A stretch of 64,000 nucleotides of DNA, taken from the NCBI GenBank assembly GCA_016748015.1, contig JAAOMT010000741.1, forward strand, positions 372,001 through 436,000, read 5' to 3'. Made by a program: the position numbers and the translations under genes. Positions 26,301 to 37,800 of the stretch are shown here, piece by piece. The stretch is from Geosiphon pyriformis uo1. Lineage: Eukaryota; Fungi; Glomeromycota. The notes under the pieces are model-generated. The model was not told the origin of the DNA, did no database searches, and saw only the letters and a list, made by a program, of their open reading frames with translations. Numbering within the stretch: the first letter of the stretch is position 1; each line of letters opens with the position of its first letter.

Positions 26301-28040
26301 CTCTCTTTGTTTTCTGGTCACATTACTTATCAATTTTTTGAATTGTTTTTTGGCTGGCATTACATGAGTACTTACTTCATGCAAAACCTCCTTAGATGAT
26401 GCATTTTCTAATGTTTTTCGGGCTGGAACTGGTGTGCCAATTTTAGATATGCTGGGCCTGGATGATTATTTGGGTGTTAGAAAATCTCTCATGAAATATA
26501 GCCTCATTTTTGCCAACCAACTTTTAGATTGTTGTGGCATATGCTTCACTTAGAACACCTTTCACAGATGAAAAAAACTTGACCCAAGAGGTCCAATTCT
26601 TACCTGGTTTGTTTTTGTTACTAATTTTGTCAAAAATAGTGGTTTAGATATTGAAGTGACTATGATGTCCCATTCTGCTCCCATCAAATTTTTCTGTGAT
26701 ATTGGTTTTACTTCTGAGCATTTGTTAGCCTTTGAGTGTGGATCTGTTGAAGTTTACACTAATGGATCTGTTAAGAGTTTGGGGTCAATTGGTGCCTATG
26801 GTGGTGCTGCTACTTACTTTCCAAGAGCCAATGCTAGTATTAGTGTAAAGATTCTTGGTTTATTGTCCTTAATACTGGTGGAGCTGCAAGCTATCACTTT
26901 GGTGCTGGAATGCATATCTGTCTCTAGCACAGTTGAATTGTTTACAGATAGTCAGCATTGCTGGATATTTGTAAATTTGATATAAACATGTCTGATCCTG
27001 ATTTTCACTGCAAATGTTGGATCGAAAAAGAGCATATTTGTCAAGTTATTTTAAAAAAAAATCTGTCAGTCATATGGAGGAAGATCAAAAAACATTTAGG
27101 CATTGTCAAGAATAAACGAATGGATTTTTTTGCTAATGCCACAGTTTTCTCTAAATCTATGCTGTTCCTGAACATACCATATTGCTTCCTTAAGGTTAAA
27201 AACAGACCTGTTTCTGGAAATGTACATTATTTCATCAAGAACTTGTTTGATGCCATTAATTTTGTCAATTAGAACTCCAGGTGTGGCACCAATATTGTTG
27301 AGGTTGGTGATGCTGGTAAAATTAATGCACCCAAGTCATTCAGTGTTTGGCATCCTGATGGTAGGATTCACTCCAGTTATACCAGTTTGTCTTCAGTTTC
27401 TCTGCAATCCTATCTTATGAAATCTTTGTATTGTTGCCTGCTGGTTACTGTGAAGAAGAGGTTGTATAATCCCAGATATCCTAGTGTAATGTGTATTAGG
27501 TGTGGTATGGTCGAAGACTCTGATCACCTATTTCTATGCTCACATGATAACAATGCCAAGAGAACTATATTGTTTTCCATTAGGGAAAAGTGGTGTAAAA
27601 TAGCTGGTGTGTCTGCTATAGGAGATAAGATAATACATTTTCTGCATGAAGCTGAGTCATCCAATAGTTTATACATGTTGTTGGCCAAGAGATTTGTGTT
27701 AAAAAGCTGGATGGCTGATACTATCTGGTGTCTTGGCTATGCTTCAGGTGGCCATATGATTGTTGATTTGGTTTGTAGTTTCATAGAGTGTTATAGATCA
27801 GACATTTGGTTGTCTATAGCCAAATTGAAGGCCTTCTATGAAAAGCACAATCTGTTACCATATGACGGATCTATGGTGCCATCAGTTGCTGGTTTGTTGG
27901 ACTTCTGGACTGTTAATATTATCCATAGCCTCAGTATTAGATTGGGTATTCACATAAGCTTTGGTTTATGTTTCTATATTGCTGATTTGGGTTTCAGTTT
28001 CTTGTGTAATATTCCTTTAACAGATCCTGTAAATGGGTAG
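23356..28040 (+). pseudogene. LINE B ORF2 (APE endonuclease, RT, RNase H, C-terminal Zn finger), disrupted
   Basis: MSGLIWKIATCNIQGIN start, GGDFN, IDYIL, TRPIALIET, QDMCKTYDSVGW, FVDDT (~25660), VYTNGS..VELQAI..FTDSQ (RNase H, ~26750-26955), CIRCGMVEDSDHLFLC. Confidence 0.9.
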
Positions 28041-28279
28041 TGCTGCCTTGACTAGACCAAGTGTCTGGTTATATGTAAAAAAGGCATGAGCTACACTTAA
28101 ATTAGAATCTTGTTTGATTTTATGTATTTAAGTAGTAGTTGAACTGCATTCATAAAACTTTAATAAAAAATAATATTAATATTTAATTAAATATAAATAA
28201 AATTACTAAATACATAAATATTATTATTATTAACAATAATATATTAATTGTAATTATACATAAAATGTTTTTTTAAAAT

Positions 28280-28420
28280 AAGTTTTTTTAAAATTAACAT
28301 AATTTAGTTTAAACCAAATTTATATTTAGTTATATGTAAAAAATACATAAATTATATTTAATTAAGTTACTTAGTTTAATTTATTATATTAAATAGTAAT
28401 TAAATTATATGTTAAAATTA
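28280..28420 (+). mobile_element. Heavily decayed extra LINE 3' UTR
   Basis: ttagttatatgtaaaaaatacataaattatatttaattaag is an AT-eroded version of the LINE B 3' UTR ctggttatatgtaaaaaaggcatgagctacacttaaattag. Confidence 0.45.
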
Positions 28421-28999
28421 ATTATTAATTATTAATTATTAAAAAATTTTAATTTATATTTTAAAAAACTATAATAATTATGTTTTTTAAATTTAGTAAT
28501 TAAATTATAATTAATTAAATTTTAATAAAAAATTATAGTTATATTTATAAATTAAATCAAATTAATTGTATTGTTTTTATGTAATCTATTTTTATTAAAA
28601 AAATACTATATATAATAAGAATAAAATTAAACAAAATATTATAAATTAAGTAAATATTTATTATGTTTTGTTATACTTGTTAATAAGCATTAATTTTTAT
28701 AATTTATAAAAAATTTTAAAATTTGTAAATAAAAAACATGTATTATTGATAACAACTTTTATATTTATATAAAATATTAATATATTATAGCTTGTTTTAA
28801 ATTAAAAAAAAGCTTGGTAAATATTATAAGTTTAATATTTATTTTAAAAAATATAAATATTGTTTTAATATAAGTAAAGCTTAATTTTTTTATTAAATAA
28901 AAATAAACTGTATTTTATTTAAATTTATATTAAAAAATCTGTTTTTATTAACTATTTTGTTGTTTTTAATAAAAAATTTAAAAAATCATTATTTTAAAA

Positions 29000-29865
29000 A
29001 AAAGTTTTTTTTTTATTATATTTTTTTATAATTTTTTAAAAAACAAACTTTTTTGTAGTAAATTGGTAATTGTTTTAAATAGAAATATAATTAAAAAAAA
29101 CAGTTAAGAAAATTTTTTATGGTTTTACTAATAATACTTTTTTTTAGAAACAAAAAACTTTAATAATATTAAATACTTAAAAGATAAAAAAATATTTTTA
29201 AACAAATTTTTTAGTGATTTAAATATGTTTTTGGCAGATAGTAATTACAATATTAATAATAAAAACAAAAGTTTTTTGAATTTCAAGTCTAATATTCTTA
29301 AAACTAAAAAAATAAATATTAGTAATATAATTAATTTTTTTTTCAAATCTTTAGATATTAATATAAATAAAAAAAGTTGCTTTTTTTTAATTTTATTGTT
29401 TTTAAAAAAATAACTTGGTTTTAAAGTATTTTGCAATAAATTTTATACTATTAATTTTTTAGCAATAAAAAGCAAATCAGTAATAGCAAAAATATAAATT
29501 ATTAGAAAATTTTTTTTATAATTAAGAAATTTAAAGAAATTATTACTTTTTTAAAATTTAAAAAAATCATCAAATTTATATTTATATTAGAAAAAAATTT
29601 AAATAAAACTGTAGATTTAATTACTAAAAAAATTTATATTAATAATAATCTTAAAACAATTAAAATTTATTTAAATTAAACTATAATAATAAAAAATTCT
29701 TATAAATATTTTTAAGAAAACAATAATTTCTGTTTTATTCAAATTTGGTTAAATTATATTAATCTAATTATAATTAATTAAACTATGGTAAAAACTGTAA
29801 TAAAATTTACAAAATCAGATTAAACCAATTTTTTAGTTTATAAATAGTTTATTTTAAACAATAAT
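29000..29865 (+). mobile_element. Heavily decayed LINE 5' end / ORF1 relic
   Basis: gcaataaaaagcaaatcagtaatagcaaaaata...attagaaaa and tctttaaattt-type segments align, after G>A/C>T erosion, to LINE B ORF1 21960-22350. Confidence 0.6.
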
Positions 29866-29867
29866 TG

Positions 29868-30664
29868 TTTTTGGCTTCACTAACAAGTAGACTGTTAGTT
29901 TCTGGACGTATTTTATGAAGGCATTGTACCATCAGCTCTCTATTGCTGTGCATAAATGACTTTATAATAAGAGTTACTCTAGTGTAATGTGTTTGTTCTG
30001 TGGTGATGTTGAAGTCTCAGATCATGCTTTTTCTTATTTATTTGATGCTGATAATCATGCTCAGTTGTTGGATACTCATGTATTAGCTTAAGGAGTGCAA
30101 TCCAGTCTGGGTTGTTTTTCTTTAAGTGTCTTGTAGCTGTTGTTTACTTGTGTATCTGACATTTTGGTTAACACTACTCTATGCAAAAGTTTTGTTTTCA
30201 AGGATTGGTTTTGTAAGTCTGTTTCTGTTTTTAAGGATTCTAAAATGGCAAGTCAGAACATTGTGGCCTTTGTACGTGAGTTTAATCTTGCTTTTTGGGA
30301 AGACATTTGGTTGGTTTGTGCCAAGTACTGTGCTTTTATGAAAAAAAATGAACTTATTCCATGCAATAGATCTGTTTTTATCTTTATTTTTGGGCTTCTT
30401 TTAGTGTTGTCGGCTGTTATGATTGGATTACTGGGCATTGCAGAGGCGATTGGTGTTGGTTTTAGTTTTTGTAAGTCTTGTTTGTTTTTTTTAGGCATAG
30501 GTAACATAGTTTCTGTTTATATAAGTGTATAGTATTGTTTTGATTGGTCTGAATAGCTAGTCACATGTAGAAAGTACATAATTCACACCTAGTTTAGATT
30601 ATTTGTATGATGTATTGCATTAGACAATGTTTGGACTTCACTCATTAAATATTAAAAAAAAAAA
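29868..30664 (+). mobile_element. LINE C: 5'-truncated copy (ORF2 C-terminus, 3' UTR, poly-A)
   Basis: YFMKALYHQL, CLFCGDVEVSDHAF and FKDWF..FWEDIWLV are homologous to the LINE A C-terminus. Poly-A at ~30654-30664. Confidence 0.85.
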
Positions 30665-31733
30665 TTTAATTGTTTTTAATTAACATATTTATATGTTAAA
30701 AAATCTTTTTATTTTGTATTTTATAATTTTCAAAAACAAATTTTGAACACAAATAGTGTTATTAATTTTAGTTTTTAAGAGTTTTCTATTTTTAACTAAC
30801 AATTATTTAACATAAATAGCTTTTTTTTTTAACTTAATTATTTTATAAAAATCTAAATAAGTATTTTAAAAAAAATTTTAAAAATTTTATCTAACTAAAT
30901 ATTTAAAATTTATATTAATTAAATATTTTTTTGTTAGTTTATCTTATATTTATATTTTTTTTAATTGTATCTAAAAAAATTTTTAAATTTATAAATAAAA
31001 CAATCTTAGTTTTTTTTTGCTAGTATTACTAGTAATTTTTTATTTATTAATTTTAATATTTTAAAGATTTTTACTATTAAAATAAATAATTTAAAGTTTA
31101 AGATATTTATATTTAAAGTATTAATTGATTTAGTTTTAAAAAAATTAAATTAGTTGTTTATTAATTTAAATTTTATTTTTGCTATATTTTTTTAATAATT
31201 AATTTTGTTTGAAAATAATTATATATAATATTTAAGATATAAAAAATTTATCCAAATAGTTAAATATTATTAAATAATATAAAAAATTAAGCTTTTTGGT
31301 ATCTATTATTATAAATACAAAATTAAAAAATAAAAACAAATTATAATTAAAAAATAAATTTAACAAATTATAAGATTTTACTTTTAGATTAAAATTTAAT
31401 AGTATAAATATTAAAGTTATAATTATTATAAATAGTAATTTGGTTTAATATTTTTTTAAAGTTATTAAAATTGTTAAGCATTTTTTATTTATTAAACTGA
31501 TATTTAAAAACAATTTTTTAGTTTTAATTTTGAATTTATATATAAATATAGCTTTATTAATATATATAAATTAGGCTAATTTAGTTAATGTTTTTATTAT
31601 TAAAGCTATAAATAAAAGTTTTTTGTTATCTTAAATAAAAATTTAAATAAAAATAGTGTTAAAAATATGCTAGTTTTAAGAAGTACAAAAATTTTGGTTT
31701 AATTAAAATTATATTAAAATTTTTTATAACCAA

Positions 31734-32596
31734 TATTACAGATGATTATTTGGGGTCTCAAATCAAATAACAAATCTGTAATTTGGTACTTAATATTTTG
31801 ACAATGCTGGTATTACTGGTACGTTAGTTTTATCTAAAGGTTTTTAGAGTTGAGTCCTTTGTATAATAGACAGAGATTTAATGATAATGTAGTTGGTTGG
31901 TAAGTTGTATTCTCAATTTCTGTCTTCAGCTTGGTGGCCGGTTTATTCTGGCATTCATGCTCTTCTGGTAAGCTATCCATTAATATATATATAATTTTAC
32001 CCTTATTTTTGGGTCTTTTACTAAGTTATCTGTAATGTCAATTACTCAGTGCTTTAATTCTTAATCAGTTAGTATATAACAATAAAATCAAAGAAATAAA
32101 TAAATAAATAAAAATAAAAAAATGAGCCAAGATGATGTGCAAGTTAATATCTTATCAATAGCCATGATCAAGAGCTATTGTTCTAGCATGGTTAAGTATC
32201 AATTACTATCAACATAAAATGTTGATAGTGGAGAGTAGATTTAGATGGTAAATGATTTATTTATTTAATATTTGTTGATGGAAGATTTCTAACTAAAGGA
32301 TTCTGTCTCTTTCTACTTCTAATACTGCTGCTATATATATCTAATTAATGTTCTATAAGATTGCTTACATTTCCAAGTGATGTGCTATGATTTCTTGAGC
32401 AATGTGCCCTAATTTCTAATATTACTTTATATTGTTGAACAATGTGCCATGTTTCTTGACATTGCTCTACATTGCTAAGCAATGTGCTATGATTTTTGTT
32501 ATTGTTTTACATTGCTGAGCAATGTGCTCACGTGCTACATACTATTCACTTATTGGTCTATTATTTCCCTATATCTGTTTTTTTTTATGAGTAACA
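31734..32596 (-). repeat. X 3' LTR (863 bp)
   Basis: Termini on the element strand are TGTTAC...GTAATA; matches 49206-50069. Confidence 0.93.
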
Positions 32597-32610
32597 TTAT
32601 CTCCTCCTTT

Positions 32611-33247
32611 TTAATATTAAGCTTTATCAAAATTTTCATTCTGAATTAGCTCTAATATTTCTTTTTTTAGTATTGTTTGTTTGACTTTATTTTTCATGTC
32701 TTCTACTTATATATTGTTCATTCTTCTCCATTGGTTAATGGTTATGATTTCTATGTTAGAGTATAACAGTATTTCTGAATAGTTCTGAAATATGTTGTGC
32801 AGTTGATAAATTGTTTTCACATATAGTGTCGAGTTTGTCTTTTTTCTAATAAATTCTTCAATTTGCTGTATTATGTTTTGGTTAAATACTCTTTTGGATT
32901 TGTCAATATACAACTTCTAAATATTCAACTTTCGATTTAACTGGTAGTAACAGTATAATATTGGAAGTTATTCTGTCCATTGTTTTCAATTCTCTTTTGT
33001 AAGTTCTTCTGTTGGTGCCATAATAGGTATTTTTCCAAAAGTGTTTTTTACTTTTTCTATTATGTTATTTGACCAGTTTTTATCATTCTTTGGTAACCAC
33101 TAATATGGTGTATTTTTTGTCTTTCTTTTGGTGTTTCGATAGCAAATTGTTTGGTTGTTAACAATAATTTCCATGTCTAAAGGTTGTTGACTTAAGGCCT
33201 GGAATAATTGTTGAGCTATAGCGTGAATATGATCTTGGTATTTTCAT
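32611..33247 (-). pseudogene. X ORF3 (accessory ORF between pol and PPT), disrupted
   Basis: Near-identical, apart from transitions, to Y ORF3 (YIDKSKRVFNQNIIQQIEEFIRKKTNSTL). Confidence 0.8.
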
Positions 33248-33952
33248 TTTTTCTTAGTTGCCTTTGTCACGTATACTGTGTCTTTATATACTCTTTTATT
33301 GTTTAATATTATGTGTTTGGTCCAATGATTATTATTGGTTCCAGATTTCATGGAATCTCATCTGGTTGAACTAATATTTGTTGTACTCCCAATTGTGAAA
33401 TATTATTGGTGGATGATGATGCTATTTGGTAATATGATTTCAGTCGATCACCATGTGCTGCTTTGGCTAAGATTTTGTTGTCCCATCTTAATTTATAAGC
33501 TCTATTTCTAAGAATTTTTTCTATGTAAAATGGTCTGTTCCATTTGGGGTCAAATTTTCCACTCTATTGTTTTTCTGTTTTGGTATAATATAAAAGTACT
33601 TTGTCTCCAATCTTGAATTCAACTGGTTTATCTAGTAATTGGTTATTATGTCATTCTTTTTGCTTCTCTTGAGACTTTTGAATGTTATCAGCTGCTCTTT
33701 ACCATTTATTTTCTAATGTTTCTATTAAGTCATATGTTTTTTTTAGCAACGTTTCCTGAAAATTGTCTTTGGTTATTGGTTCTGTTAGATAAGTAGTGAC
33801 TTCCATCTCAATTGGTAATGTTGCTGTTCTATTATATATTAATTCAAATGGTGTTGTTTGTGTAATGTCTTGCTTTATTGTTCAATAAGCAAATAATACT
33901 GATGGTATAAACAAATCTCATTCGTTCTGATTTTTTTGACTGATCTTGGTGA

Positions 33953-34806
33953 TGTTACTTATAGAAAAAAACAAATATAGAAAAATAGTAGACCAATAGG
34001 AGAATAGTATATAGCATGTGAGAACATTGCTTAGCAATATAGAGCAATGATAGAAATCATAACACATTGCTTAGCAATGTGGAGCAATATCAGAAAACAT
34101 AGCACATTGCTCAGCAATGTGGAGCAATATTAGAAAATGAGAGCACATCGCTTAGCAATGTAAGCATTGCTCAAAAAATTATAGCACATCACTTGAGAAT
34201 GTGAACAATCTCATAGAACATCAATTATGTATATATAATGGTAGCATTAGAAGTAGAAAGAGCAGAATCCCTCAGTTAGAAATCTTTCACATTACAAATA
34301 TCAATAAATAATTATTTACTATCTCAATCCACTCTTCACTATCAACACTTCATGTTGATAATAATTGATACTTAACTCTACAGGAACAATAGCTCTTGAT
34401 CATGGCTATTGACAGAATACTAACTTGTATATTGCCTTGGCTCCTTTTTTTATTTTATTTTATTTTTTTTCTTTGATTTTTATTGTTGTATACTAATTGA
34501 TTAAGGATTAAAAGTGCTAAAATACAGACGTCATAAGTGACTGGTAAAAAACCCATGAAACAAGGGTAGAACACTCATAGATTTGAGAATAGCTTACCAG
34601 GAGAATTACTGGCCACCATGCTGAGAAAGAAATTTGATGAAACTGCAGTTTTGGGAAGCTATGGATAAAACCATCAATTCACTCTCTGTCTATTATACAA
34701 AAAACTCCATAACCAAAACCTTCAAATATTAACACCCAAGTACCAACTAAGCACCAAGTTATGGATTTGTTATTTGACTTGAGATCCCAAATAATCATCT
34801 GTAACA
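33953..34806 (+). repeat. Y 5' LTR (854 bp) with a 40-bp tandem array in U3 (34021-34205)
   Basis: TGTTAC...GTAACA inverted termini; TATA-like TATATATAA near 34229. Confidence 0.93.
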
Positions 34807-34825
34807 TTTGGTGCTCTCTGTGAGG
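34807..34825 (+). promoter_or_regulatory. Primer binding site TT-TGGTGCTC(C)CTGTGAGG
   Basis: TGG two nt after the LTR end. Same motif in X (49187-49205, minus), Z (54116-54134) and, decayed, in W (~63679-63699). Confidence 0.85.
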
Positions 34826-34866
34826 TATAATCTTACAGAGAACCAGCACCAACAAATAAATCAACA

Positions 34867-37800
34867 GTGGCAGAATCAGAAAGTATAGGAGCAAACCATT
34901 TAGGATTTGTGAAATTCTTATTTCAACACTACTGTTAGCACTTGGGATTGAACCACAATCAGATATCAGCAGAATCAGCCTTTAATTTCTATGTCAACAA
35001 AAGAATTGTCTATTTGTTAGGAACACTAATAAACACTGAATTAGCAAAAGAAACTTTTTACCACGAATTAATCTAAAACACCAGCTTACCAACAAATTAT
35101 AATTTCACATCCATCATTACTGAAATTAATAAAGAAATTGAACATCACACACAACAAAAATACCCAATCACTTATGCCAGTAAAGGCAAAGGAAAATTAC
35201 AAACACCAGTAGTAACACCTCAATGGATCCAACCATCCATTTAGAAGAAACACAGAATTGAATCACCAACAAATCCATCATACTATTATACACTTGGAAG
35301 TGCCATCAACATCACATCAACAAACGCGTCCACATCAAATATGACATCCACATTTGGACACTTTCCATTTCAGAGTAAACAGAGAAAAAAAGATCTTCTA
35401 GAACCATATGGTATGTATTTCGAAGGATTTAAGTCATGATTGCCAATGCCATTAAGACTTCAATCTTTGCTACCACAACCAGATTTCAGAATCATGAGTT
35501 TCTAAGAAATAATAGATTTGGAAGAAAAACAAGAAAAAGAGGAAGAAGAATCTGAAGATCAAGAATTTATTTACCAGAACCCGATTCCAGAAAACCTGAA
35601 TATTGAAACCCCAAATTTCCAGACTCAGCAAAATCCAGAAATTAAGACTCTGAATTTCTAAATGCAGCACTATTAGAACGATCACAACTCTGACATCAAT
35701 AATCAATAATACTTACTTTCAGTAATCATAATTAATCCAGCTCTACCAATCAATAAACAGCAACAGCAGCTATTTTAACCACTTCAACAACCACAGCAGC
35801 TGCTTCAATAGCTGCAACAACAACTGCAACAACCAAATGTCGATCCAATGGCCTACACTCTAATAGTAAAACTTGAGAAATTTACCAGTAAAGAAGATGA
35901 TGCCTAAGTGTGGCTAAATGATGTGGAGAAAACCATTATAGCCAATAGTTGGAATAATGCCAGAGCCATACAGGCCATTCTTTACTTTTTCCAAGATACT
36001 GCCAATTCATAGTATCAAAGCTTGGCTAACAAACCCCAAGATTTTGCTGTATTCAAGCTTACATTTCTACAATATTTCAGCAACAATAATAGTATTAATT
36101 GGCTAGCAAACACTTTCACCACTATTAAACAAGGAGAAAATGAAGCAGTCACTACTTACTTAAGACACTTTTATAGAAATCTGCACCAGATTCAAGCAAT
36201 CCAGGCTGACTATTTTACAGTACCCCAAATCCTAAACCAATTTATTAGAGGCCTGTGCAGTAGCATCCTCCAACGCATATGTCCAATGCATTTAGTAGAC
36301 TTTCAAGCTGCAGTTACCAATGCCCAAGATTTTAAATCGGCAGAACTTAAAGCTAATCATGCCCAAGCCATTAACCTAGTGATGAATGAATTATCTAAAT
36401 TGGATTCCAAATTAAAACAATTCAATGATTCAATTAATCAGAAATTGGAAGAATACTTAGCTGACAATCACACAATTTATTAACCATCACAACAATGCAA
36501 TAATTCAGGAAACATAAATTGTTTCCAAAATCAGTCGCATCTATTATCATCTCCAAATCAGCCGTGACAACAAGAGACACATGTTTGCCATACCTGTGGT
36601 AAACAAGGCCATATTAGAGCCAACTGCTGATTTTATAATAACAACCAACAATTGGAAAATCAATATCAAAACTCTGATTGCCAGTTCCCAACTCCGAGTT
36701 ACCAATCCAATCCAGCACCATATCAACCAATTTACCTGTCAATGATGCAACAGCCAATATATTAACCACCCATATATCAATCTCCAGTTTATCAACCACA
36801 GCTGCCAATAATATATTAACTGCCACAGCCACAAATAATTTATCAGATACCCACAGTTCAAATACCACCATCAAACCCAGCTCAAATGACATCAAGAAAC
36901 CCTAGATCGAGAGTCATCCAAAACTGGAGATCAGTGATGGTTGTTCACCAACCAATTCCCAGTTCACCCAACCAGCAGTCTAGATCATGACAGTGGAGTT
37001 CAGGAACTGGGTACACTCAAAACCTGAGTTCCCAGAATTATTTAAGTCTTCTGGTTACCTCAGAAGGCACCTCACCCAACAACTGGGAATCCAAACAGAA
37101 ACAACTGCTTACCAATATTCCACCAGCTACTGTTATAGAAAACGAGTCTCTAGCAGCTATATTTCCTTTCAAAATCAAGGAACTGACAGAAACCTCTTTG
37201 TTCAATGGAGCTGCATTCAAGGAAAAATCTATCACAGTAATATACACAAATGCCAAAATTGATAGTTAGTCCATCAAACTAATCCTAGATAGTGGATCAG
37301 CTGGCAGCATTATCACAAGACAGCTCATAGATCAATTAGGTTGCCGAGTTGATTGAGCTGTCAATACAAGGATAATTACCATTAATGGAGCCACCAAGAC
37401 ACTAATTAGTGAAATAGATGTCCTACCCATTGAAATCAATAGCATTATTGTACCAATAAAGATATTAGTCATAGAAGCCACTCAGTACCAAGTACTCATT
37501 GACAATAACTGGCTGTCCAAAACCCATGTAATGCTCGATTGGAACACTCAAGAGCTCCAGCTTAGCCAGAATAGATAATACACACATGTACCAGCCACGT
37601 GTGGCCATTTCAAACTTATTACCACACCATCAGCTCCACTTATCAAATTTGAAGAAGAAAAAGAGAAACCTACTTGGGAAGCATACCAAATCTTTTGGGT
37701 CGATGAAGACCACAACAAGCTACCACCAATACTTTCTTAAGACAACAAGAAAAAAGGGAAGGAAAACAAAAAACTTATCTGGAATACTGACCAAAACTGG

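Larger units (their letters stand above)
21369..28170 (+). mobile_element. LINE B: degenerate near-full-length non-LTR retrotransposon with RNase H
   Basis: 5' UTR matches LINE A (19640-19781). ORF1 and ORF2 are present, followed by a 3' UTR and A-rich end near 28170. Confidence 0.92.

Noticed and set aside
12992-28170. LINE A and B as terminal inverted repeats of one giant element
   Set aside because: Each has its own 3' tail and a different ORF2 lineage, so they are two independent head-to-head insertions.
29225-29436. Lys/Asn/Ile/Phe-rich ORFs in AT-rich DNA (also 51470-51709), and a possible organellar or endosymbiont insert
   Set aside because: Composition artefacts; 29000-29865 aligns to eroded LINE ORF1, and no organellar genes or RNAs are recognisable.
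34021-34205. Regularly spaced palindromic repeats resembling a CRISPR array
   Set aside because: The spacers are themselves homologous, the array is inside LTR U3 and duplicated in each LTR, and the context is eukaryotic with no cas genes.
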